Shown one piece after another: positions 9,869 through 19,598 of a stretch of DNA of 64,000 nucleotides. Both the position numbers and the translations under genes were made by a program. The notes beneath the pieces were generated by a model. It saw only the letters and a list, made by a program, of their open reading frames with translations. It had not been told where the DNA came from and searched no databases. The stretch comes from an uncultured Gammaproteobacteria bacterium (GTDB lineage: Bacteria > Pseudomonadota > Gammaproteobacteria > JAURND01), in NCBI GenBank assembly GCA_963714975.1, contig CAVQQD010000003.1, positions 192,001 to 256,000 of the forward strand, given 5' to 3'. How positions within the stretch are numbered: position 1 is the first letter of the stretch; every line of letters begins with the position of its first letter.

Positions 9869-10312
9869 ATGCAAGTTATATTACTAGATAAAATTACTAA
9901 CCTAGGTAGCCTAGGAGAAGAAGTTAAAGTCCGCAATGGTTATGGCCGTAATTACTTAATACCTAAAAGAAAAGCGGTATTAGCCACCGAGCGGAATAAA
10001 ACCATGTTTGCTGCCAAGAGAGCAGAGCTAGAAAAAACCGCGCAACTTGCTCGGGCAGCAGCCGATCAGCGCTTGGAGCAGCTTAGCAACTTGGTCATCG
10101 AAATTAAGGTCAAGGCCGGTGACGAAGGGAAGTTATTCGGATCCGTTGGTCCACGTGATATTGCCAATGCAATCGCTGATAAGGGATTCAAGGTGACCAA
10201 GAGTGAAGTAATCTTATCGGATGTTATTCGCTTGATTGGTGAATATTCAGTTGAGATTCAGCTCCATACCGATGTGCGTGGCGTCATTAAGGTCAATATA
10301 GTTCCAGAGTAA
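9869..10312 (+). CDS. rplI: 50S ribosomal protein L9
   Basis: MQVILL..VRNGYGRNYLIP..GKLFGSV. Confidence 0.98.
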   Translation: MQVILLDKITNLGSLGEEVKVRNGYGRNYLIPKRKAVLATERNKTMFAAKRAELEKTAQLARAAADQRLEQLSNLVIEIKVKAGDEGKLFGSVGPRDIANAIADKGFKVTKSEVILSDVIRLIGEYSVEIQLHTDVRGVIKVNIVPE

Positions 10313-10321
10313 CCTTATCTT

Positions 10322-11707
10322 ATGGCCACGGTTGCCGATGCGGATTCAAAAACCCAAGCAGTAAAAGTACCCCCTCATTCCATAGAAGCCGAGCAGTCAG
10401 TGCTCGGCGGCTTAATGTTAGACAACCGGGCTTGGGATAACATTATTGATCGAGTTAATGAGGGAGATTTTTATCGCTCTGATCATCGTTCCATTTTCAA
10501 AATCATCAGTCAACTTGCTGCTAAGCAAAGCCCCTTTGATGTATTAACTGTTGCAGAAGCGCTGAAAAGTCATGCATTATTGGAAGCTGCAAGTGGGGAA
10601 AATTACCTATTCGAACTGGCCAAAGCTACTCCGAGCACAGCGAATATTGTTGCTTATGCTGACATTGTGCGTGAGCGCTCCATTTTACGTCAGCTGATTG
10701 GTGTTGCAGGTGAAATTGCCGATTCTGCCTTTAATCCCCAAGGTCGTTCCAGTGAAGCTATCTTAGACGAGGCAGAGCGTCGGGTATTTCGCATTGCTGA
10801 ACAAAAAGCTCATCAATTTGCCAATATTCGCATAAGTCGTTTACTTGCATTAGCGACGGAGCGCATTGATGTCTTATATCACTCGACTGAATCCATTACT
10901 GGGCTAGCGACAGGATTCATGGATTTTGATGAGATGACTTCGGGCTTGCAAAGAGGTGACTTAGTGATTATTGCGGGGAGACCCTCGATGGGCAAAACCT
11001 CGTTTGCGATGAATATCGTGGAAAATGCGGTGCAAAAAAATACCAAGCCCACTTTAGTGTTTAGTATGGAAATGTCCGGCGAGCAATTGGCCATGCGTAT
11101 GATTTCCTCTTGGGGTCGGTTAGATCAGCATCGAGTAAGAACAGGTAAACTAGAAAAGAATGATTGGCAGCGTATTGCCTCGGCTGTGGGCGCCCTGTCT
11201 GCAGTGCCTTTATATGTAGACGATAGTCCTTCTCTGACTCCAGGCGATGTGAGGGCAAGAGCTCGACGCCTAACCCGAGAGCAAGGGGAATTAGGTCTCA
11301 TTGTCATTGATTACTTGCAGCTGATGCAATTACCTGGTTCTAAGGAAAATCGTGCCATGGAAATTTCAGAGATTTCGCGTAGTTTAAAAGGATTGGCGCG
11401 CGAATTAGGGGTTCCAGTGGTCGCTTTATCCCAGTTAAATCGGAGCTTAGAACAGCGTAGTGATCGTCGTCCAGTGATGTCGGATTTACGTGAATCCGGC
11501 GCTATTGAACAAGATGCCGATCTGATTGCCTTTATTTATCGCGATGAAGTTTACAATGAAAACAGTGTTGATAAAGGAATTGCCGAAATCATCATTGCCA
11601 AACAAAGAAATGGCCCGATTGGTAAAGTTCGCCTAGCTTTTTTGGGACAATATACCCGCTTTGAAAATTTGGCGCCTACTTCTCTGTACAGCAATAATCG
11701 CACGTGA
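10322..11707 (+). CDS. dnaB: Replicative DNA helicase
   Basis: PPHSIEAEQSVLGG, Walker A GRPSMGKT, IDYLQL and DLRESGAIEQDAD. Confidence 0.98.
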   Translation: MATVADADSKTQAVKVPPHSIEAEQSVLGGLMLDNRAWDNIIDRVNEGDFYRSDHRSIFKIISQLAAKQSPFDVLTVAEALKSHALLEAASGENYLFELAKATPSTANIVAYADIVRERSILRQLIGVAGEIADSAFNPQGRSSEAILDEAERRVFRIAEQKAHQFANIRISRLLALATERIDVLYHSTESITGLATGFMDFDEMTSGLQRGDLVIIAGRPSMGKTSFAMNIVENAVQKNTKPTLVFSMEMSGEQLAMRMISSWGRLDQHRVRTGKLEKNDWQRIASAVGALSAVPLYVDDSPSLTPGDVRARARRLTREQGELGLIVIDYLQLMQLPGSKENRAMEISEISRSLKGLARELGVPVVALSQLNRSLEQRSDRRPVMSDLRESGAIEQDADLIAFIYRDEVYNENSVDKGIAEIIIAKQRNGPIGKVRLAFLGQYTRFENLAPTSLYSNNRT

Positions 11708-11745
11708 GCGTGATAGGACAACGTCTCGAGGATTTTAGTTGGAAA

Positions 11746-12447
11746 TCACTGGAATTTTTTATAATTCTCAATGCTAGTAAAGCTGCGGGTGTCCATGCGA
11801 TCGATATTTAAAGTTCCATTTAAATGATCAATTTCATGTTGCAAAATTCTTGCATACCAACCTTGGGCTTCTATGGTGATTGGCTTGGCTTTTTCGTTCA
11901 GTGCTTCAACTTTAACTCTTAAGGCACGTGGTACGCTAGCAACAAAACCATTGACACTCATACAACCTTCGTAGAAATTTGCTTGTTTCTCAGACTCGAG
12001 AAGAGTAAGTTTAGGATTAATAATGACGTGGAACGGCACTGGAAAGCGATTTCGTTTTTTAATTTCTTCAGGTTTTAATAGCTTTAAATATTCTTCGCGA
12101 TCTTCAATTACCGCAATTTGTAATGGCACACCAATTTGTGGGGCCGCTAATCCTACGCCAGCACCATGCATGGTATTTTTCATCAACACAATTAACCGTT
12201 GGATAGCAGGATCCAAGATCTCTTCTTTAGTAAGAGGCTTGGCAACACTTCTTAAGACAGGATCCCCGACTTGGATGATTTCCAACTTAATATCTTGCAG
12301 TTCTTTCCAGTTATCCATTTGCTTAACCAATCCCCATGAAATAGGGGTAACTAAAAAAAATATCAGGAGAGGAGTGATCAAATTGCGCCAAAAATCCCCT
12401 TCCTTCAGGAAGGGGATAAAAAGCGCACGTTTTTTTGATTGTTCCAT
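11746..12447 (-). CDS. def: Peptide deformylase with a hydrophobic N-terminal extension
   Basis: GVGLAAPQIG, EGCMSV and QHEIDHL motifs. Start uncertain: ATG at 12447, or a later Met after the hydrophobic stretch. Confidence 0.9.
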   Translation of the reverse strand: MEQSKKRALFIPFLKEGDFWRNLITPLLIFFLVTPISWGLVKQMDNWKELQDIKLEIIQVGDPVLRSVAKPLTKEEILDPAIQRLIVLMKNTMHGAGVGLAAPQIGVPLQIAVIEDREEYLKLLKPEEIKKRNRFPVPFHVIINPKLTLLESEKQANFYEGCMSVNGFVASVPRALRVKVEALNEKAKPITIEAQGWYARILQHEIDHLNGTLNIDRMDTRSFTSIENYKKFQ

Positions 12448-12499
12448 GGGCCAAGAGTATACTCCCATCCTGGTATCCACGCCAGAATGACACGCTTTT

Positions 12500-13090
12500 A
12501 TGAAACAGAAGATTTTTTGGAGCATAATCACTGCTATTTTGTTACTATTAACCGGCTGTGCCAAGCCAAGGCCAGACAATGTTGAAAATATTTGCAGTAT
12601 TTTTTCTCAATACCCCGAATGGTATTGGTATGCCAAGGAAGTTGAGCAAAAATGGGCGGTGCCGGTGCCTCTGGTCATGGCGATCATTAATCAAGAATCT
12701 TCCTTTGATGCCCATGCTAAACCCCCACGTAAAAAATTATTATGGATTATCCCATGGAAGCGAATCAGTTCGTCCTATGGCTATTCACAGGCACTGGATG
12801 GTACCTGGGAACATTATGAACGGCATACCGGAAATCGGGGTAAGCGCCATAAATTTGACGATACTTGCGATTTCATAGGTTGGTATTGTCGGCAAGCTCA
12901 GAGTAATCTGAAGATTGCCCCTACTAATGGTTATGCTTTATATCTTGCCTATCATGACGGTATGGGCGGATATGCAAAACGGACCTATTTGAAAAAACCT
13001 TGGCTAATTCGTACCGCACATAAAGTGAACAATCGTGCTGCTTTATATAAACGGCAATTGACCAGCTGTGAACACAAAATTCCACGTTAA
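12500..13090 (+). CDS. SLT-domain lytic transglycosylase lipoprotein
   Basis: Lipobox LLTGC; AIINQESSF, SSYGYSQA and YLAYHDG motifs. Confidence 0.88.
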   Translation: MKQKIFWSIITAILLLLTGCAKPRPDNVENICSIFSQYPEWYWYAKEVEQKWAVPVPLVMAIINQESSFDAHAKPPRKKLLWIIPWKRISSSYGYSQALDGTWEHYERHTGNRGKRHKFDDTCDFIGWYCRQAQSNLKIAPTNGYALYLAYHDGMGGYAKRTYLKKPWLIRTAHKVNNRAALYKRQLTSCEHKIPR

Positions 13091-13106
13091 CTGTTAAGGG
13101 GTGATT

Positions 13107-14459
13107 ATGCAAAACGAAGGTCAAGCAACAAAATGGATGCCTAATGTAACAACCCAGCGCAACAATAAAGTGTTGGCTATAGGTTGGATTATTTGCATCT
13201 TAGGCGCTTTATTTTATAGTTACGAATATTTGCTACGGATTGCGCCAGCGGCCATGGTAACTCCTTTAATGCAATCTTTTAACCTGCACGCGGAGTCGTT
13301 AGGCGCTTTGGTTTCTTTATATTATCTTGCGTACACCCCGATGCAGGCAGTGGTTGGTGTAGTTCATGATCTTTATGGACCACGGAGGGTATTAATCTTT
13401 GCTGTGCTCGTTTGTCTTTTAGGCAGTTTGTTATTTGGGATCGCCAACAGTTTGATAATGGCTAGTATTGCGCGGATCTTGTTAGGGTTTGGCAGTGCTT
13501 TTGCCTTTGTGGGTGCGTTAAAACTTGCTTCGGTTTGGCTCCCCTCCAATCGATTTGCTTTTTTTGTCGGCGCTGTGACGGCATTAGGAATGTTAGGTGG
13601 CATGTTTGGTAACATCCTCATGACTTCTTTTGTGGATACGGTGGGTTGGCGGGAGTCTTACTTAATTGGGGGCATGAGCGGCTTACTTTTATTAGGGTTA
13701 ATTGCTTTGATTATTAAGGATCAACCACCGCAACTGAATGGGACTGCTGAGAATAAGGATGTAAAAACTTTAGGCTACAAGCAAACTTTGCAAGGATTGC
13801 TGCAAATTATGAAAAGCAAGCAAATGTGGATTGCTGGAGGGGTAGGGGGTTTGCTTTATCTTTCTTTATCAGTCTTTGCAGAATTATGGGGCAATAAATT
13901 TGTCCAGCAAGTCTATGGCTTTTCCAGTGTCGATGCAGCGACCATTACTTCCATGGTATTTGTCGGGTGGTTAGTGGGTTCTCCTTTGGTAGGTTGGATT
14001 TCCGACAAAATACAAAGACGGCGTCTGCCGCTTATTTTGAGTGCGCTGGGGGCTTTAGTTATGGCTACCTTGGTTGTTTCTATGTCGGAAGTTTCTATGT
14101 TTGTGGGTTGCCTGTTGTTTTTCTTATTTGGCTTATTTTGTAGTGCGCAAAATATTTGTTTTGCTCTAGGTCGAGAGAATGCACCAGCGGAAATGGCGGG
14201 GGCTGCAGTCGCTTTCATCAATTTGGTGGTGATGTTTGGCGGTTTAATATTTCAGCCCTTGGTTGGCAAGTTACTTGACGTGTTTTGGTCAGGAGCAATG
14301 CTGGATGGTGTGCGCCTTTATTCTGCACAGGATTTTCGCTTAGTAATGTTGGTATTGCCAATTGGTTGTTTCTTTGCAATATTTTTATCGTTTATTATCC
14401 AGGAAACTCGGGCCAAAATGGTAGGTAAATCGCTGTTACCCGAGGAAGCGAATGCCTGA
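13107..14459 (+). CDS. MFS transporter (resembles the Legionella/Coxiella Pht family)
   Basis: 12-TM pattern with FYSYEYLLR, D.YGPRR, F..LWG and GWISDKI.RR. Confidence 0.85.
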   Translation: MQNEGQATKWMPNVTTQRNNKVLAIGWIICILGALFYSYEYLLRIAPAAMVTPLMQSFNLHAESLGALVSLYYLAYTPMQAVVGVVHDLYGPRRVLIFAVLVCLLGSLLFGIANSLIMASIARILLGFGSAFAFVGALKLASVWLPSNRFAFFVGAVTALGMLGGMFGNILMTSFVDTVGWRESYLIGGMSGLLLLGLIALIIKDQPPQLNGTAENKDVKTLGYKQTLQGLLQIMKSKQMWIAGGVGGLLYLSLSVFAELWGNKFVQQVYGFSSVDAATITSMVFVGWLVGSPLVGWISDKIQRRRLPLILSALGALVMATLVVSMSEVSMFVGCLLFFLFGLFCSAQNICFALGRENAPAEMAGAAVAFINLVVMFGGLIFQPLVGKLLDVFWSGAMLDGVRLYSAQDFRLVMLVLPIGCFFAIFLSFIIQETRAKMVGKSLLPEEANA

Positions 14460-14703
14460 TCTAGCAGAGATTGAGCTTAAGCGCCGCATCGAGTGGCGCT
14501 GCCGCCGTGGGCTTTTGGAATTAGACGAACTTTTGCATGGTTTTTTGCAGCATGGCTATGCTGAGTTAAGCGACAAAGAGCGTGCTTGCTTTGCCCGACT
14601 TTTAGAATGTTCTGATCCAACGCTTATTTCTTGGTTGCTCAATAATCAGCTACCTGATGAAACTGAGTTAAGGCACTTGGTGGAGCTTATTACTTCTAGA
14701 TAG
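14452..14703 (+). CDS. sdhE: FAD assembly factor SdhE
   Basis: WRCRRGLLELD motif. Confidence 0.93.
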   Translation: MPDLAEIELKRRIEWRCRRGLLELDELLHGFLQHGYAELSDKERACFARLLECSDPTLISWLLNNQLPDETELRHLVELITSR

Positions 14704-14994
14704 TATGAGATTATGTGAAAAATCCTTCAATCCTTGCATCCAAGGAAAAATTGTAATTCCATCCATTTTTCTGGGGTAAGGATCATTACTGAAACAAACA
14801 GGCTCGCAATCCCCGAAATCTTGTGACATTTTCTTTAAAGTTAACAAATGCATGTCTTGCACATCGTGGGTACTTTTAATCTCAATAAACAAAATAGGTA
14901 ATCCAGGCCGTTCAACAATCAAATCAATTTCAGCGCCATCTTTAGTCATTAAATGGGCATTTACAAGAGAGTTGTTGTCGCGTTGACTCATCAA
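14668..14994 (-). pseudogene. C-terminal remnant of an AAA+/DUF4143 ATPase
   Basis: TKDGAEIDLIVE..FIEIKS tail only; no ATPase domain. Confidence 0.75.
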
Positions 14995-15047
14995 TCTACC
15001 TAACTTTAGATGCGTTTACCCTGGATTGTCATCTAGATTTATTGCTA

Positions 15048-15080
15048 TTTAATATTTTCTTAATCAGAGACAAGTAGAAT
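15048..15080 (+). promoter_or_regulatory. PmrA-type box plus -10 element
   Basis: tTTAA-ta-TT-tt-cTTAA, an 11-nt spacer, then TAGAAT. Confidence 0.7.
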
Positions 15081-15089
15081 GCTAAGAAT

Positions 15090-16784
15090 TTGCCACAATT
15101 GAAAGGTGCTTCAGTGCTTGATAATAAAAGTGTAAGATTTAGTTTAGATTCTCGTCTAAGATCTTTAAATGAAAAAATAACTTCCTACAATCAAGAAGTA
15201 AGGAATGCGTTGACTAAACAAGACACGAAAAGAGTGGCTATAGAAAGCAAAGGTTGCAATGAAAAATTTAAAGGGCAGTTACAAGAGATTATTAATGATT
15301 GTGATAAATATATTGAGAGTATTCCACTAAGATTGCGTACCAAGCAATATTCGAAAGCTGTAGCTGTATTAGCAATTCAAAAGCAAGCAGTCCGTTATTT
15401 CTATCTCCCAGAAGCGAAGACACCAGCAAAAGCCTATGTGCATTTATTAAGGGATTATTTTTTTGGAGCGAACCGTATAGGGGATCCAACAGTCCCTCTA
15501 GGGAAGCATATGGAGCTTGAATATTTCTCTGAGTTTCGTTATCAGGGAGATACTCGAATTAGAGACTGGCTTAGGAGAGAGGTAGAAAAGTCTGGCAAGT
15601 TTAGATCTTTACAAGAAATAATGCAGGAGGAACCGGACCCGTCGCAGTTACCTCCTCTTTACCCGGAGGATGTTAAAGCAAATCAAGTTTCAATAAGAGA
15701 GGGATTGCTGTATTTTCAAAATACCTTGTTAGATACTGAGGATGTTTATTCAGGCATACATGAGTTATGTGGAAATGTGTTATTTGTTGTTAGTCCTCAG
15801 GGCGAGTTATACATATCGGATCCAAAGGAACAAGATTTGGGAACGGAAATCCATCACTCTAGTTTCCTTAGAGGAAAACCTGCTTTATGCGCAGGTACTT
15901 TGGCAGTTACTCAGGGCGTAATAACAGAAATTACCTTAAAAAGTGGTCATTATACACCTGGTAGAAAAGAGCTTCTAAATTTTCTATCGCTTTTAAAAGA
16001 ATCACAAGTAGATTTATCAAAGATATTGGTATATGAATTTGCTGGTGGGGCTAGGGAAGCTGATAAATATCTAAGAATGCGGGGGTTTTGCTTGCCTCCT
16101 CGCCAGGATACTAAGGGGACAACGCCTAAAGCTCAAGTTTTATATGCTCTGGCAATGCAGGAAAATAAAAAAGAAGCTACAACTAGAAACAACGTTGAAC
16201 TGTTTCGCATCCGCATAAGATATCTTGACTACTTATCCAAAGCGAGCGAAGCAGGTAGTAAACAAGCCCAGTTAGAGCTCCAAAAGGAACTTCAGGAGTA
16301 TAAAGACAGCGGCATAGTGCAGGGTTCTGTGAATGAAGAATTCGGGGAGAAGGTATGGGAAAATCCATTCTTATCTAGCGTATTGGAGTGGATGGATGCA
16401 CAAATACAGCAGTTGGATGCACGAATACAGCAGTTGGAAGAACAGGACAAGAAAGAATCTCTTAAGAAACCCCAGGTAAAATTTGGTTTCTTGCCCAGGG
16501 TTACTTATGCGACTATTGGTGTGTTATCCACTTTAACCCTCATCGCTTCTTGTTTAAGCGAAGCGCAAAACCAGCAATTATTTTCTTGGCTGCCAGAGAA
16601 TATTAAAGATAATTTAATTTCTGGCTTAATGGCCAATGCTTCTCATGTCTCAGGTAATTATGCAACTTACCTGAGTGCTGCGATATTAGGATTCATGGCA
16701 ATCCTCTACTATAAACGCGATTGGGTCGCTGAAAAGATTAATGAGTTGAGTGATCGGCTGCCCTCTTGTCGACCAAACAGGTGA
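15090..16784 (+). CDS. Effector-like protein with an IQM-like (HSSF..AG..SGHY.P) domain, coiled coil and C-terminal membrane hairpin
   Basis: 564-aa ORF containing HHSSFLRGKPALCAGTL..KSGHYTP, a 21-nt tandem heptad near 16391-16435 and two C-terminal hydrophobic helices. The true start may be GTG near 15114. Confidence 0.65.
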   Translation: MPQLKGASVLDNKSVRFSLDSRLRSLNEKITSYNQEVRNALTKQDTKRVAIESKGCNEKFKGQLQEIINDCDKYIESIPLRLRTKQYSKAVAVLAIQKQAVRYFYLPEAKTPAKAYVHLLRDYFFGANRIGDPTVPLGKHMELEYFSEFRYQGDTRIRDWLRREVEKSGKFRSLQEIMQEEPDPSQLPPLYPEDVKANQVSIREGLLYFQNTLLDTEDVYSGIHELCGNVLFVVSPQGELYISDPKEQDLGTEIHHSSFLRGKPALCAGTLAVTQGVITEITLKSGHYTPGRKELLNFLSLLKESQVDLSKILVYEFAGGAREADKYLRMRGFCLPPRQDTKGTTPKAQVLYALAMQENKKEATTRNNVELFRIRIRYLDYLSKASEAGSKQAQLELQKELQEYKDSGIVQGSVNEEFGEKVWENPFLSSVLEWMDAQIQQLDARIQQLEEQDKKESLKKPQVKFGFLPRVTYATIGVLSTLTLIASCLSEAQNQQLFSWLPENIKDNLISGLMANASHVSGNYATYLSAAILGFMAILYYKRDWVAEKINELSDRLPSCRPNR

Positions 16785-16839
16785 TGTTCTCTATGCTCTT
16801 GAACAGTTGCCACAGTTTTCATTACACCCCATCTCCCCC

Positions 16840-16891
16840 AAAACTGGTTCCAGAAACGTGGAAATCATCACGTTTCTGGAACCAGTTTTTG
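16840..16891 (+). terminator. Long perfect hairpin with T tract (likely terminator)
   Basis: AAAACTGGTTCCAGAAACGTG-loop-CACGTTTCTGGAACCAGTTTTT. Confidence 0.6.
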
Positions 16892-16932
16892 CTTTTTTGG
16901 GCTTTATTCAGTAAAATCGCCGAATTTCTACA

Positions 16933-17529
16933 GTGTGGCAGGCGATACCTGGGCAATTGGCCAAGGAGAATAAAAAATTTATTTATTCGGCTTTAAAAGC
17001 AAGCGCCCGTGGCCGTGAATATGAAAATGCCATTCGCTGGTTGATCGATGCCGATTTGATTCTGAATTGTAGTCAAATTTCTAAACCACAAGCACCCCTT
17101 AGTCATTACCTGGATCATCAGGCGTTTAAAACCTATGTATTGGACGTGGGATTGCTTTGCACGATGAATGGTGTCTCTGCCAAAATGTTGTTAGAAAAAG
17201 AACAAGTATTTCAGGAATTTTCAGGGGCACTGACGGAAAATTATGTTGCCCAAACTTTGACCCATTCTATTCGCCAAGCTCTGTATTATTGGAAAAGTGA
17301 AGGTAAAGCTGAAATTGATTTTTTGCTTGATTTTCAGAATCAAATTTTCCCTTTAGAGGTGAAAGCAGGTACTTCCCGTCAAAAGAAAAGCTTATTAGTG
17401 TACGCTGAAAAATTTCAACCAGAGCTGATGCTAAGAGCATCATTAATGAACTTGTGCAGAAATGGCAAAATCTTCAACCTTCCTTTATACGCCCTTGAAC
17501 AGTTGCCAAGATTTCTCAATTTGGTTTAG
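16933..17529 (+). pseudogene. N-terminally truncated AAA+/DUF4143 ATPase
   Basis: IPGQLAKENKKF, FKTYVLDVGLL, GALTENYV and YYW..AEIDF..PLEVKAG present; no Walker A region. Confidence 0.8.
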
Positions 17530-17869
17530 CTGGCGCCAATAAAACATATTCTTGTACTGGCTTGCCGCCAATTAAATGCTGTTGGATAATTTTTTCTAGC
17601 ACATCTGGAGAGCAGGAGTGGTACCAGACAGCATCCGGATAAACGACAGCAATAGGTCCTTGGGTGCAAATACGCAAGCAATCAGCTTTGGTGCGTAACA
17701 CCTGGGTGAGATTTAGCTCCTTTAAACGGTGTTTTAAATACTTCCAAGAGGCTAATCCTTCAGCATAACTACAGCATTTAGGTTTACTTTGGTCACAGCA
17801 CAGGAAAATGTGATGGGTCGCTTGTGACAGCTGAAGTTTGTTGACAATTTTATCTAAGGCAGTATCCAT
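17516..17869 (-). CDS. Thioredoxin-like [2Fe-2S] ferredoxin
   Basis: [28 protein letters not shown]. Confidence 0.9.
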   Translation of the reverse strand: MDTALDKIVNKLQLSQATHHIFLCCDQSKPKCCSYAEGLASWKYLKHRLKELNLTQVLRTKADCLRICTQGPIAVVYPDAVWYHSCSPDVLEKIIQQHLIGGKPVQEYVLLAPAKPN

Positions 17870-17885
17870 ACGCTTTATCCATAGG

Positions 17886-18518
17886 TTACCCTGTCCAACC
17901 AGGGAAAATGTCTTTAAGTCCTCTCGTGATCATGCTCATGGCAATTGAAGCTAGCACGAGCCCCATGATTCGAGTAATGATGTTTATGCCAGTGACACCA
18001 ATTATTTTGCCGATGCGGGTTGAGAAAATCAGGACCACTCCTAAGATGAATGCAATTAATAATACACCGAGAGAAATGTAAATTTTATTAATTATGTCAG
18101 GGAATTCATTGCTAAAGATAATAATGTTGGTCATTGCGCCAGGACCCGCTATAATCGGGATTCCTAATGGGACAATGGCAATAGAATCTTTTACTGGAGT
18201 TTGGTGCAGCTCCTGGGCAGTCTGGGATGTCGGTGTTTGTTTATCATGGAGCATTTGTAAGCCGCGTAATAAGATAATTAGGCCGCCGGTGATTTGAAAC
18301 GCAGGTAAAGAAATACCAAATACTTCCAGAATAGGAATGCCAGTCCAGGTGATGACGAAAAGTACGGTGAAGATGGTCAAGGTCGCAACCAGGGCAATGT
18401 GTCTTCGTTCCACTTCTGTTTTAGTTGCCGTCATCCCTAAGAATACCGCTAGGCTACCGGGCGGATTGGTGATGGCTAACATGGAAATTAAAAAGCTTAA
18501 AAATTGGCTCCAATGCAT
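17886..18518 (-). CDS. MarC-family membrane protein
   Basis: [21 protein letters not shown] and TRIMGLVL motifs. Confidence 0.92.
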   Translation of the reverse strand: MHWSQFLSFLISMLAITNPPGSLAVFLGMTATKTEVERRHIALVATLTIFTVLFVITWTGIPILEVFGISLPAFQITGGLIILLRGLQMLHDKQTPTSQTAQELHQTPVKDSIAIVPLGIPIIAGPGAMTNIIIFSNEFPDIINKIYISLGVLLIAFILGVVLIFSTRIGKIIGVTGINIITRIMGLVLASIAMSMITRGLKDIFPGWTG

Positions 18519-18587
18519 AGAAGTATCACAAAGTAGTAGGGAAGAGCTATATAATGGCTTAAAAATTCAAATTTAGCTATAGTTTTT

Positions 18588-19172
18588 ATGAAAATTTATC
18601 TAGTTAGGCATGGTGATGCAGTGTCCAGTAATCTTAGTCCCCTCCGCCCTTTGAGCGCGATTGGGCAGCAACAGGTACTGGCATTGGCAGAACACTTACG
18701 GCAAAAACAAGCAGCAATTGCGACGATATTTCACAGTGGCATTTTGCGAGCGCAACAAACAGCCGAGCTATTGGCACGGACTTTGGATGTTGCTGCTGTG
18801 GAAAAATTACCGGGTTTAGAGCCAGAGGATGCGGTGGAAATCCTGCTAGCCTTCCTCGATACTTGGTCAGAGCCGGTCTTGCTGGTGGGCCACTTACCCT
18901 ATTTGCCCCAACTAATTGCTACTTTGACTGGCGATTTGATCCAGTTAGAGACTGCGGGCTGTGCTTGTCTGCACAAAAAGGCAGCAATTCCCGCTGAAGA
19001 CTTGCGGGAATTGCTTTCTGATAATAATGCTGCGCAAAAACCAAGTTTTTGCTTGCAGTCAGGGGGAAGAATCCCGATTCTCCCCCCTGACAACCCCTCA
19101 TCGGGTTGTTCAGAGGGAACCGCTGACAAAAAGGTAAATACTCAATGGCAACTTGCTTGGATCTATCCTTAA
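18588..19172 (+). CDS. sixA: Phosphohistidine phosphatase SixA carrying a 51-aa in-frame MITE insertion
   Basis: YLVRHGDA, HSGILRAQQTA and LLVGHLP motifs, with an extra segment before the terminal WQLAW strand. Confidence 0.9.
   Translation: MKIYLVRHGDAVSSNLSPLRPLSAIGQQQVLALAEHLRQKQAAIATIFHSGILRAQQTAELLARTLDVAAVEKLPGLEPEDAVEILLAFLDTWSEPVLLVGHLPYLPQLIATLTGDLIQLETAGCACLHKKAAIPAEDLRELLSDNNAAQKPSFCLQSGGRIPILPPDNPSSGCSEGTADKKVNTQWQLAWIYP
18982..19125. mobile_element. 144-bp MITE inside sixA with a 9-bp target-site duplication
   Basis: ACAAAAAGG at 18973-18981 and 19126-19134; TIRs CAGCAATTCCC / GGGAACCGCTG (9 of 11 match); four internal hairpins. Confidence 0.85.
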
Positions 19173-19591
19173 ATAGCCTATCTGCCGTTTTAATTGGGCC
19201 ATCGCGTGCTTTTGCCGTGTTATTGTGGGGAATGTATTTGGGTGCAAGTCTTTGCCTAGGCTTATCGCAAATTGCTGTAGCATGGCAAGTGGTAGGATGG
19301 ATTGTTCTCAGTTTGGCTTTTTATCGTTATTTGTGTCGATACGCCTTATGTAGAAGTCCTTATTCTGTTGTGGGGATTCGTGCTGATGAGCATAAGCAAT
19401 GGTGGCTGCACACCACGCTAGGCCAGTGCGTTGCAGCGCGCTTGTTGGGAGATAGTTTTCTTTGTCGCTATTTTCTGGTACTGAATTTCAAATGTCATCG
19501 AAAATGGGGTATTGTTTCGGTAGTGCTATTTAAAGATGCCGTTGCTCCTCAGGCATTCCGACGATTGAAAGGCTATTTATCAACACTCTGA
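19145..19591 (+). CDS. YgfX-like inner-membrane protein
   Basis: Two N-terminal TM helices and a C-terminal L..DS..LVL.F..LF.DA...AFRRL pattern. Confidence 0.65.
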   Translation: MATCLDLSLNSLSAVLIGPSRAFAVLLWGMYLGASLCLGLSQIAVAWQVVGWIVLSLAFYRYLCRYALCRSPYSVVGIRADEHKQWWLHTTLGQCVAARLLGDSFLCRYFLVLNFKCHRKWGIVSVVLFKDAVAPQAFRRLKGYLSTL

Positions 19592-19598
19592 ATTAGCG

